Source of the DNA: Zootoca vivipara
Lineage: Eukaryota
Assembly (NCBI RefSeq): GCF_963506605.1
Contig: NC_083288.1
Span: 42,594,001-42,658,000 of the forward strand
Reading direction: 5' to 3'
DNA: 64,000 bases
The position numbers were made by a program, and so were the translations under genes. Under the pieces are notes generated by a model that saw only the letters and a list, made by a program, of their open reading frames with translations, was not told the DNA's origin and ran no database searches. Each line of letters begins with the position of its first letter. The stretch's first letter is position 1. Positions 25,124 to 37,300 of this stretch are shown here, piece by piece.

Positions 25124-27159
25124 TTCTTGAAGCATTATTCTCCCATTTCCCTTTTGGAACTTAATAAACTTCTTCACATTGACAGGTGTGGTTCTCTGTG
25201 TTTTTTTGCCAGGCTGAAAGGGCCACTATTCTTTCACACAGCTAGTATTTGGTTTCCTACTTCATATCCACATCAGTGGGAAAAATCAATCTACCCTTAG
25301 GCTCCCTATTTGCTAAGAAATTTTTAAATATTTCTGTATATGAAAAACATAGGAAATGTGCCGTGAATACTTTTCAGTATGCATGCAACATAATTTGCTT
25401 AAAAACAATGATCCCTACTCAAACTCTTTCCTGCTTTGGAATGTGCACAACCTTACTTGTAGGCTAAAAAAAGAGAGTAAATTACTGCCTTTCTTTATTT
25501 CCACCATCTTTGTTACCTTCTTCCATTTTTGTATTTTAACTGCTTGCAGCCCGAGAGAGAAGGGACTATTACAAATCCTGAAGAAATCTCCAAAGGAATC
25601 TGGGGAGCCTCTGGGGAGTAGACTCACAATCTTCATTATCGTACCGAATCCTCAGTCTCTTGATGCGCTCAAGGGGAAACAGCAACAACAGCCACCACCT
25701 AACACTTAGAACAGGCAGTTGAACAAGCCAGATGATGTTCATTCTCCCATTTAAAGGGTTTAAAAAATTGGCTGGGGGAGCACCTGTCCAAATGGATTGG
25801 AAAGCAGGAGTTTAGTGGAAAGGCACACACCTTGCAGGTCTAAGGTCCCCGGCATCTCCTTTAAATGGCAATAGGTCATCTGTCTGGAGATTGGCTGCCA
25901 GTCAAGATAGCCAATGCTAGACTTGAGCAGACACCTCACAGGTATGGCAGTAGAAGACGGTTCAATCAAATTTGCAACACCACAGTTATTTGATGGACCA
26001 GTGATCTAACCTGATACAAAGCAGCTTTTCTCCCAACTCTAGAGTTCAGGGACTCTACTTTAAAAATCTGGGCATCACAATTTATTTCCAACCTCTTCCC
26101 AGCGGAGACTCTAACAGACAACGAGCTAAGGGTCAGTAGCATCCCTGATGTATGTGTTACATATGTTTCTTTGGTGTGCTTCCCAGTGTACTTAAAGATC
26201 AGAGTATCTTCAGACAGTTCTTGCCGCTTTAAAGCTAGTAAAATCTAGATTCCCCCCGCCTCCTCCTATTGGAGGAATCGGCCATGAGAAGTATGTCCAC
26301 CACGATTGTGCCACAGGCATCCCTTTCAAAGCAGCACTGAGAAGACCTCCACCAATAGCCCCTTGACACTGTTGCAGTAATCTAACGTGTTGCAGTAATC
26401 TAACCTAGAGGACACCAGAGCATAGATGGTAGAAGTTAGGCTATCGCCTATCCCAGATAGGGACACAGCTGGGCCACCAGCTGAAGCTGATAAACGCCCT
26501 CTGTGCCATGGAACATAGCAGGCAGCTTACAGGGCTTAAATCTAAAACAATTCCTAGTTATTTGGTTTCCATTTTTTCAGGTCCCTCCCCCCCCCCTGTG
26601 AAAGCAGGCAGCAGTCTTTCCTCCAGGTCTCCACTGTCCATTATGGACTGGTATTATACCTAAACATTTTTGGTCTGCAACCTAAAATCTATACATTATC
26701 TTTGTTGACCTTCCACATTGCTGTTTCTTTATCTTCTCCAATATTTGCCCCTCTTCTTCATGTGCATTTAGAAGCAGCACTGGGACTAAGTGTACAGTCA
26801 AGTTATATTATAGGTGTCTTGTTTGTTATTATGTATTTTTGGTTACCTGAAATATTTCAACTGGAATAATAAAAGGAGCAATGTTAGCCGTGCCTACTCA
26901 GATGCAAGCTCTACAGAATAAAGTGGGAATTACTCCGAGGTAAGTGGGGTTGGGGTTGCAGTCTAAATCTTTCTCTTCACATAATCAGCATCATGGTCCA
27001 AATTGTATTACATGGTACCTTGGTGCACAGAGCTTCAACTATCTATCTAAATCAACTATCTATCTAAATCAACTATCTAAATCGTCATGCCAAAGAATAA
27101 TACCTAAGAATATTTGAGAGTCAAATGGTGGTTCTCACAACAAAGAACATCCACCTGCT

Positions 27160-27192
<33 letters not shown>

Positions 27193-27403
27193 CAGTTTCA
27201 AATTATGTATCACCCTTTATCCCAAGGATCCCAAGGCAGTGCACAACATTAAACGCACATTACAGAACATCAATGATAAAAACATATTATTTAAAAACAT
27301 ATTAGAACCTTCCTTCTGCTTTGTGGGAGAGATGGTGGTTTATGGTTGTCACATTGTGCCTGGTCTCTTACATTTGTCCTTTCTCTACAGGGAGGAGGCT
27401 AGA

Positions 27404-28348
27404 ATGGAATCTGAGAACCTCACCTCTGTCACAGAGTTCATCTTAGTAGGGCTCTCCAACCACCGCAGGACACAGATTCTCCTCTTTGTGGTCATCCTCA
27501 TATTCTACTCATTTACCTTTTTGGGCAACCTGGTCATCATCATGCTGGTGCTGGCTGACCCCCGCCTCCATACACCTATGTACTTCTTCCTGACTCAACT
27601 CTCTGGTCTGGAGATATGTTATGTCACCTGCACTGTGCCCCAGATGTTGGCTCATCTCTTGTCTGGGAATGGAGATATCTCCTTTGCCCGTTGTGTGACC
27701 CAGATGTACCTTGGGCTGTCCCTGGGTAGCACTGAAGCTCTTCTGCTTGGTGCCATGGCTTATGACCGCTATGTGGCCATCTGCCAGCCCTTGGTCTACG
27801 CTGTTGCCATGGACAAGTGGCACCAGTTGCGGCTTTCCTCAGGCTCCTGGGCAGGTGGCTTCCTTCTCTCCCTGATGAATGTGGCCTGCACTCTTCGCTT
27901 CCCCTTCTGTGGCCCCAACCTCATCAATCACTTCTTTTGCGAGATGCCCGTAGTGTTGAAACTTGCATGTGCTGACACCCGTGTTACGGAGGCTGTCATT
28001 TTTGGAGCAGCTGTGATTATCCTTCTCGTGCCCCTTTCTGTTATCCTGACCTCTTACGGACTCATTCTGTCTTCTGTGTTACAAATGAAGTCAGCTGCTG
28101 GTCGGAGCAAAGCTTTCTCCACATGTGCTTCCCACCTGGCAGTGGTCACCTTGTTCTACGGCACCGTTATTTCTATGTATATGAGACCCAGGTCAGGGAC
28201 AACTCCAGACAGTGACAAGAAAATTGCTTTTTTCTACATTGTGGTCACCCCACTTCTCAACCCTATCATTTATACCTTGAGGAACAAGGATGTCCATGGG
28301 GCAGTGGCCAAATTGCTACAAAGAGTGTCTTGGAAGAAGAAAGGATGA
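27404..28348 (+). CDS. Olfactory receptor (class II), OR-5, about 314 aa, intact
   Basis: MESENLTS, LHTPMYFFL, MAYDRY, KAFSTCASHL, PLLNPIIYTLRNKD; acceptor ttctctacag ends at 27390. Confidence 0.95.
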   Translation: MESENLTSVTEFILVGLSNHRRTQILLFVVILIFYSFTFLGNLVIIMLVLADPRLHTPMYFFLTQLSGLEICYVTCTVPQMLAHLLSGNGDISFARCVTQMYLGLSLGSTEALLLGAMAYDRYVAICQPLVYAVAMDKWHQLRLSSGSWAGGFLLSLMNVACTLRFPFCGPNLINHFFCEMPVVLKLACADTRVTEAVIFGAAVIILLVPLSVILTSYGLILSSVLQMKSAAGRSKAFSTCASHLAVVTLFYGTVISMYMRPRSGTTPDSDKKIAFFYIVVTPLLNPIIYTLRNKDVHGAVAKLLQRVSWKKKG

Positions 28349-28679
28349 ATGTTGCCATCCTGCTTCTTTGGCTTGGATGTTATCCAAGGGCTGAGATGGA
28401 TTTTTTTTTTTTTACGTCTGGCATTCACATGTCATATCAATTCTCTATTCAGCCTTGAAATCCAATTAGTGGTCTGTTGGGCAAAGAAGGGAAAGATAGT
28501 AGTTCATGTTTTGCATACGCAAGGTCCCAGGTTCAGTCTCTGGTATTTTCCAGTATTTCCAGTTAGATAGATCAGACTTGGTGGAATAAGAAAAAAGTTT
28601 TTTTATAATATTGCATCAAAAGTTTTTTTCCTAGCAAATTATTTGTAATAACAAGAGACTTAGAGGGACCCCTTTATCT

Positions 28680-28919
28680 CAGGGGTCAGCAAACTTTTTC
28701 AGCAGGGGGCCAGTCCATTGTCCCTCAGACCTTGTAGGGGGCCGGACAATATTTTTTTAAAAAAAATATGAACAAATTCCTATGCCCCAGAAATAACCCA
28801 GAGATGCATTTTAAATAAAAGGACACATTCTACTCATGTAAAAACATGCTGATTGCCGGCCGGGTTGAGAAGGCAATTGGGCCGCATCCGGCTCCTGGGC
28901 CTTAGTTTGGGAACCCCTG
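28680..28919. mobile_element. hAT non-autonomous element
   Basis: CAGGGGTCAGCAAAC...TTTGGGAACCCCTG flanked by direct repeat (c)ctttatct. Confidence 0.8.
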
Positions 28920-28992
28920 CCTTTATCTCAAAGCTGGGCTATGAAGGCTCCCCATCTGAAACAATGGAGAGCCATTACCAGTTAGTATAGTA

Positions 28993-29128
28993 CAGGCTTC
29001 CCCGAACTGCGGCCCTCCAGATGTTTTGGCCTACAACTCCCATGATCCCTAGCTAACAGGACCAGTGGTCGGGGAAGATGGGGATTGTAGTCCAAAACAT
29101 CTGGAGGGCCAAAGTTTGGGGGTGCCTG
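28993..29128. mobile_element. Palindromic ~135 bp hAT MITE
   Basis: Same family as 6545 and 8245. Confidence 0.85.
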
Positions 29129-30119
29129 ATATAGTCTGATGAACCAATGTTCTGGCTTGGTATAGGGCAGGCACCTATTTAATGGCCATCAAGTCAAGGA
29201 GGCCTTAAAGTAGGGAAAACACTGGCGTAAAAGAAGAAAAGTTTTGCATAGTTTCTATTTCTATACATGGCATGAAACTGGGCAGAATTTCTAAATCAGG
29301 CTGTTGTCAAAAGAAGGAGGTTCAAAAAGCAGACAGAAGCTTCCAGTTCCATAGAGTAGTCAACATTTTCCCCATCTTGTATTGCCAACTGAAAAAGGTG
29401 GCATGCGTTTCCTCAGCTTTGCGGAATAAAGTTGTAAGTTGGTATCCTTCCTGATGGATAGCCAACGATCTTGGCAAACCGCACACCATACTGCTTTTAA
29501 GGGGAAAGGCAAAACAGGGTCTTCATGAAGATGTCATGCTAAACCATGTCTTGCTTTTTAAAAAAAACCATCTGTAATGCATGTCCATGTCTTTAGTAGC
29601 ACCTACACAGCCATAGAAGCACCTGACTTCTCACCTAGGGCTGAGAGTGACAAAAGGGCCCTCCAAGTGTGGTGCCTGTTAGTACAAACATGCCCACCAG
29701 TACGTCTAGTGGCAAACAGGGAAAGTATTAGTAAATATTCCCTGAAAAATCTGCACTGCTGGAGAAATTGATTTCAGTTTATGTAGTGTGAGAACAAGGC
29801 TAAGGTGCTTGGACTCTGGAGGAATTTTGGCCCTCTTGATCCTTTCCTACATTAAACCACAGGAGACTGGCTGAATAAAATCATTATAGCGAGTGGTGCT
29901 AGGCACATTGAAAGTGGTAATCGTGCATCCAAGGCCTTGGGTCCGAGGTGTCCTTAATACATATGGTGACACTTGCTCTATTTCTCAGTGTTAGTTTTGC
30001 TTTTAGCAGGGGTCGATCGCAATGTGGAACTCCCCACCAAGTTCAGCCAATACCAGCCAGCTTGAAGTCAGTGCCTATCAGCAGATCAGGACTAATTTGA
30101 AGCTGGTAATATGGACAAT

Positions 30120-30474
30120 GGGGTGCAGGTGGCGCTGTGAGTTAAACCACAGAGCCTAGGGCTTGCTGATCAGAAGGTCGGCGGTTTGAATCCCTGCAAC
30201 AGGGTGAGCTCCCGTTGCTCGGTCCCAGCTCTTGCCAACCTAGCAGTTCGAAAGCACGTCAAAGTGCAAGTAGATAAATAGGGACCGCTCGGGCGGGAAG
30301 GTAAACGGCGTTTCCATGTGCTGCTCTGGTTTGCCAGAAGCAGCTTTGTCATGCTGGCCACATGACCTGGAAGCTATACGCCGGCTCCCTTGGCCAATAA
30401 TGCAAGATGAGTGCGCAACCCCAGAATCAGTCACGACTGGACCTAATGGTCAGGGGTCCCTTTTCCTTTACCTT
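30120..30474 (+). mobile_element. Sauria SINE
   Basis: Homologous to 9867-10230; ACCTTT tail. Confidence 0.85.
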
Positions 30475-30495
30475 TAATATGGACAATATGAATGA

Positions 30496-30499
<4 letters not shown>

Positions 30500-30553
<54 letters not shown>

Positions 30554-30922
30554 AATAATGATGATAATGATAATAATTTATTATTTATACCCCGCCCATC
30601 TGGCCGGGTTCCCCCAGCCACTCTGGGCGGTTCCCATCAAAATATTAAAATACAGAAATCCATCAAACATTAAAAACTTCCCTAAACAGGGCTGCCTTGA
30701 GATGCCTTCTAAAGGTCTGGTAATTGTTGTTCTCTTTGACCTCTGGTGGGAGGGCATTCCACAGGGTGGGTGCCACTACCGAGAAGGCCCTCTGCCTGGT
30801 TCCCTGTAACTTGGCTTCTCGTAGCGAGGGAACTGCCAGAAGGCCCTTGGCACTGGACCTCAGTGTCTGGGCAGAACGATGGGGGTGGAGACGCTCTTTC
30901 AGGTATACTGGACCGAGGCCGA
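30500..30922 (-). mobile_element. L2-type LINE 3' fragment
   Basis: Same family as 5744-6150. Confidence 0.8.
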
Positions 30923-31336
30923 ATAAAAAAATAGATTATGTAATAATATATAGTTGAAAATGTTCACATTAGGACCCATGGAAGCGATGGGGGGAAGTTG
31001 TGAGATTCAGAGAAATCTCTTTATATGGATGTTTTTGGTATTGTTATAAGCTCATTTTTGTAAAATCTTATTAAAATGAATTTTTAAAATAAGCTGTAAA
31101 TGATAATGTGAAACAATGATTTGAACTGGATTGAAAAAATGGAGTGCATTACCAAGGTTTAAACATTGCATGTAGATTCAATAAAACATAGCTAACACAA
31201 TCTATCTTTATCTTTACTGTGTACATGATGAAAAAAAGAAAGGGTTCTGCCTCAAAACCTTTCACATCAACAGAATAGGGCTACAAAGTTCAGGAGACAT
31301 TTCAAGCCCAGCAATAACTAATATCACAATTAGGGG

Positions 31337-34300
31337 TTATTGGTTTCTAATGCCTGAATTATTTCTTCTCACCAGTTGCTCCCTGTTGTTCAACTCAGGT
31401 TTAACCAAAATGATATAGCATTTAGGGGCAAAGATGCAGCCCAGTAACCCAGCGCCAGAGGCCAAGATGGAGAAGATCTCCACAGCCACCATGTATTTCC
31501 CTTTTGTGCTAAGATAGGTTGGGACAAAGGACAGCCACACACTGCAGAAGACCACCATGCTGAAGGTGATGAACTTGGCTTCATTGAAACTGTCAGGCAA
31601 CTTTCTGGCTAAGAAGGCCACAGTGAAGCTGATAATGGCCAGGAAGCCCATATAGCCCAGGGCAGAGTAAAACATGATGGCCGATCCTTCATTACATTCC
31701 AGGACAATCTCTTCAGCCATTGTATGTGCATCTAAATCAGGGAAAGGGGGCGAGATTGCCAGCCACAGAGTACAAAGAATAGCTTGAACGAGGGAGCAGG
31801 AAACAACAACAGAAAAATCCAGCCTTTTCCCCATCCATCTCCTCATACTGGACCCTGGCTTGGTGGCCATGAAAGCTAAAATGACTGTAGTTGTTTTGGC
31901 CAAAACACAAGAAACTGCCACAGAGAATATCATTATAAAAGCAGCTTGTTGAAAGAGACACCTAACTTTGTGCGGTTGGCCAATGAACAGCAAAGCAGAA
32001 ACAAAGCAGAGCAAGAGGGAGGTGAGGAGAGTGTAGGTGACGTTCCGGTTGTTGGCTTTGACTATGGGAGTGTCCTTGTGCTTAATGAATATCCCATGCA
32101 CCAAAGCTGTTATAAAACAAAAGGAAAGAGAAAAATTAGCTAAGATTACCCCCAACGGTTCTCTGTATGACAAGAAGCTGATCTTCTTTGGAACACACAC
32201 ATCTTGTTCTTTGTTTGCATAATGATCTTCTGGACACTGAATGCAGTATTCTGCGTCTAAAAAAGGAAACAGATTTTGTTTTATACATGGATGTGCTTCT
32301 ACATACAGTACATTGCTGAATTCAAAGCAACTGAGTGAATTTTTCTGTGCTATTTCTGGGTGGGGAAAAGGAGCAGAGTGGATTTTGTCACATATTCTTT
32401 AATGAGATAAAATTATCCAAAAGTTTTTCCTTTCCCTGAACGAAAAAAAAAATTCAGAAACTTTGACTCACTGAATACTAAATAAAATTCTATTTTTAGT
32501 TTTTATTGTTGGATGAAGAGTTGGAAGTAGCGGAGGCCTCACCCATTTCTTCTTTCATGAATAAAATGATTTAAAATAATATTAATCTTAAAACTGGATC
32601 CAAAAGTGAAGCAAAAACTCATTGACCTCTCAAAGATTTGTTAGAAAATTCTTTTAGCACAGGCCTATTTACAAAACACCTAGCTCAAAACCAGTGTGCA
32701 CAATCTCAGTTACTTTTGCATGAATATGCGCATAGCAGATCCCATCACTGATGGTATTTTAATTCCCCGAACACCACAAAGCAAGAGTGAACTACATATT
32801 CTTCTTGTCCTGGTGTGCTCAAATCCTGTTTACTTTTAAATTTTGTTTTCTTCTGAGAAGCTGAAGACTATGCTAAACAACAAAGGAATGCTGTGGGCAT
32901 GACTGCCAGCACTAAATTTGGAACATTTAAATATGAAGTAAATTCTTGTCCATAAACTGAGATGAACAAGTGATTGATAGCAGTTAATAACCTGAGGAAA
33001 ATGCTATGAATAAAATGTATCTACCTCTAAATTTAGAAATCCTCCCTTCTGGACATGGAAGACAATCATAGCAGCAGAAAGGTTTTTCTTCCTTCTTGCT
33101 CTTGCTATAACCTGGATGGCAAATGTCATTGCACACAGAAAGCGGCTGTACCTGTGCATAAATGAAATTAGTGGATGTTTAAACACTGAGGTCCAGCTCT
33201 GAGGGCCTTCTGGCTGTTTCCTCACTGTGAGAAGCGAAGTTACAGGGAACCAGGCAGAGGGCCTTCTCAGTAGTGGCACCCTCCCTGTGGAACGCCTTCC
33301 CATCAGATGTCAAGGAAAGAAACAACTCTCTGACTTTTAGAAAACATCTGAATGCAGCCTTCTTTAGGTAAGCTTTTAATATTTGATGAATTATTGTATT
33401 TCAGTATTTTCCACAGTGGCTGGGGAAACCCAGCCAGATGGGTGGGGTATAAATAAATTATTATTACCATCATCATTATTATTATTAATTCAGATTTTGG
33501 GGAGGAGAAGGGAGTTGTATGACAATCTCCTGTAATAGATAGGGGCAAGGTAATTTGATCAGATTTTTGGGTGGTCTTAAAGCTTAGACTCCCTCTATCA
33601 GTAATACCTGAGAGATCTCTTATAAAACAATTAAACATTAATAAAAGTAAAACTATATAGAAGCATAAATGATCTAATAACAATGTACAGATAATTACAA
33701 TACCTTTTTAAATGCAGTTGGCCATACGATGTCTTCCACAGAAACGCTCAGGATTTTGCCTTCAGGAGCTAAGGGATCTACCCTTCCAACTTTGGCTCGA
33801 AGAAAGGAGTGGTTTGGAAATGTCACCCAATTGATAATATCAAATCCAGCAGTGATATCCCCGTTATGATTAAAGGAAACCTTTTCTCCAGCACTGTTGT
33901 TAAATGAGACTCTCCTAAGGTAGCAATGAAGCTAAATTGAAACAACAAAAGGCAAATAATATGGATATATAAGATGCTTCAAATAGACTCAAAGGTTTTC
34001 ATTTTCCACAAGCTACTTTTGGTGCCCCATTATTTTATTTTATTTTATTATTTTATTTTATTTATATACCATCCTATACCTGCAATGTGCATGCTTCTCA
34101 CAGTGTTGCAAATTTCCTATGCCCTCATAATTTTTGCAACCAATATGACAGGCATATGTCAAGAATGCTTTGATGGTGTTTCCTGCTTGTCAGGGGGTTG
34201 GACTGGATGGCTCTTGTGTGGTCTCTTCCAACTCTATGATTCTATGATTCTATGTTGCCATCAATAACATGCACAAGTCAGATAAACAGAAGGGTGGAAT

Positions 34301-37300
34301 CTACACACATATAAAAAACCGTTCTGAAAATGCTTTTTTAAAAGGTTTTTGTTTTGTTTTGTTTTCAATACATTGACTTTTCCATAAGGCTCGCCATAGC
34401 CATCTAGTGTCACATTGCATATTGCACTTAAAACACACTTGCTACGTTTTATTTGCAGCTGTATAGCTGAGTCCAAGGAGAAAAAGATCCAAGGGGCAAG
34501 GGCAACACAAGATTGTTTGCGGGATTGTAAATAAATGCAAACATCAGAAAATGCCAACAAGCCTCCAAGGACCTCATTCCAAACCTCTCTCTGGGGCTGC
34601 TGGATCTGGGCATTTACCTGCCATGGCTCTTGATTTAGAAACTGCTGACCTCTTCTTAGCACCATAGTTCCGTGTTTGAATATGAATGACTGCATGGATT
34701 GCAAAGCATGTGCAAATTCATGGCGAAAACAGGAAAGCTATTGCTAATATTCAAGGCAGATACAGTGGTGCCTCGCTAGACGAATTTAATTCGTTCCACG
34801 GGTCTTTTCTTATAACGAAAAATTCGTCTAGCGAATCCCATAGGAATGCATTGAATTTTTTTTTTTGCCCATAGGAACGCATTAATTGAATTTCAATGCA
34901 TTCCTATGGGAAACTGCGATTCGCTAGACGAATTTTTCATAAAACGAATTCGTCTAGCAAGGCAACCTCCGCTCGAGAAATCCTTTCGTTAAGCGGAAAT
35001 TTTGTTAAGCAGGGCATTCATTAAGCGAGGCACCACTGTATAGACATTCTCCAGAAACAAATGTATCATGCCTCTGAAAAGCAGGCACTGGGGAACAACA
35101 GTGGGAGAAGACTATTGCCAGAATGTCCTGTTTGAAGGCTTCCCCGAGCTGTCTGGTTGTCTGCTATAGGAAGCCCTTGGACTGAACCAGCAGGATCCTT
35201 CCTATGTTCTTAGTGTATTCAGGACATTACCTTCCACAACTCTTGATTCTGAAGTTTCACTCCTTCATCCACTATCACTCTGCCTTTGTATCTAGATGAA
35301 TGCATGGCCTGCAATGCATGTGCTACAGCAAAGACTGCGTTGTACACACTGTAGCTGTGGCCAGTCATGCTCATTTCAAAGACAGACCCAGGAAGTGTGT
35401 CCAGCTTCTCCTCCCCACTGCAGGTGTCTCTATCGTCCCTTTCTATATCAGTTTTAGGGAGCGAACAGTCAAAAGCTGTTTTCCAAAAGACCCTAAGAAA
35501 AGCATCTTCTTTCTCCGAGGTAGGATTCCTCCCCTGAATAAATTTCTGGAAACCCACAATCTCCTTTGAATGAACAGTGATGGATAGAGCACCATGTACA
35601 ATGTCTATGTCCCAATCTCTTTGAAAGGAAACGGATGTAAATTCCATCTGTGCCGTCATGATCCAGACTTTTGTCTTCATTGTTATGTCCTCCAGTTCTG
35701 AAAGCTGGGGAAACATTCTCAGAAATACCACAGTATTTATTTCACCATGTAATACCACAACGTTGGCAGTGCTACGAACAATAACCTTGTATATGTTGAC
35801 CCACTCAGTCACCATTTCTTCCATGCCAGTGCTAAAATACAGTGTTGGCAAATTTTCTATAAAGTCGAAGCAAATACCACTCTTGGAAAATCCAGGAAGC
35901 ACGGTCTGTACAAACCTCTCTCCATTGTCGCCATTGATAAAAACCACCCCAATCCATATCCACCGGAAAAACAACAACAGCTGGAGGATTCCTGCAGCCT
36001 GATGCTCTTCGGCAGGAAACATCCTTTGGAAGAACGCCTCTTGGGTTTGGTCATTTATTATTGGAGCAGAGCCATATCCAAACTATAAGAAAAATAAAAT
36101 AAAATCCAGAGATATGAAATGTTAAGAGTTATTTCCTAAACCCTGTTTACTCTCTGCCCTCTATAATGACATTTCCTAGACAAGGAAAGTCTGATGGCCT
36201 CCTTTTCATCTATATATATATATAAATGTAGGCATTGCGCACGCGGATGAAACAGCCTTTCTCCATAACCGCTGAACCGAATTGAAACAAATTTGGGCAG
36301 AACGTACCTTGCCCATCAGGGAGGGATCTGACATAAAAATTTTTATCAAAAAACCACACCTTTCACACCTAAAATAATGGTTAAACACAAAAAAGTGGCA
36401 CCCGAATTAGACATCACCACCAGAAACTCTGAAGACTCCAGCAGCTGCGCTGCCAGATGACATCACAAAATTCCACAGCAACCAACTGAAAACAGTCCTT
36501 TTGCAGCAACAAGGCCTAGCTTATTCAATAGGCTGCAGCATTGCCAAGCAGGGAAAAACAAACAGAATAGGGCCTTTCACAACCGGGGGAGCACAGGGAT
36601 AAGGCACAACAAAGGGAGGGGGGACACATAGCCATGGGGGGGGACCCTGAGTCAGCCAAAGCAGTGGGGGATGGGTTGGGACAGAGTAGGCTGACTGCCA
36701 AAATGGTCATTCCAAAACGGGTGGGGGAGGAGGGGCTCGATAGCTCATGAGTCAGGACAGGGTGGGGCCAGTCACAGGGATGTGCTGGAGGAGTGGGGGG
36801 AGAAGGGGACTCGATAGCTCATGGGGTGGGACATAGTGGGGCCATAGCTGCCAAGTCTCCCGTTTTCCCTGGGAAACTCCCGTTTTTCCAGCTGTCCCCA
36901 GCCGAAAAAACGGATTTTTTTTGTTTCCCCCCGGTTTATTCTGGCGCAGCGGCCATTTTGGAACTGGGCACAGCAGCATCAAAAGTCACTTCTGAGCATG
37001 CTCCACCCAGTTCCAAAATGGCCACCGCGCTACTTCCGGTATGCTACTTCCGGTCCGGTCCCTTATTTTTCAGAGAGGAACTTGGCAGGTATGAGTGGGG
37101 CCAGTCACATGGATGTGCCGCGGGGGTGGGGGGAGGAGGGGGCAGGATAAGTCATGTGTCCAGACAGAGTGGGGGGAATCACAGGAAAGAACCACAGCAA
37201 CACATGGCCGGGCCAGCTAGTTCATAAATATATAATTATAATTATAAATATAAATATAAAATACGAAAAGCAAAATTTTATCTGAGGAGAAAGAGTAGTA

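Noticed and set aside
27125-27403. 93-aa N-terminal extension of OR-5 with a poly-Cys run
   Set aside because: The poly-Cys comes from a (GTT)n microsatellite, and a conserved splice acceptor at 27390 shows this stretch is intronic.
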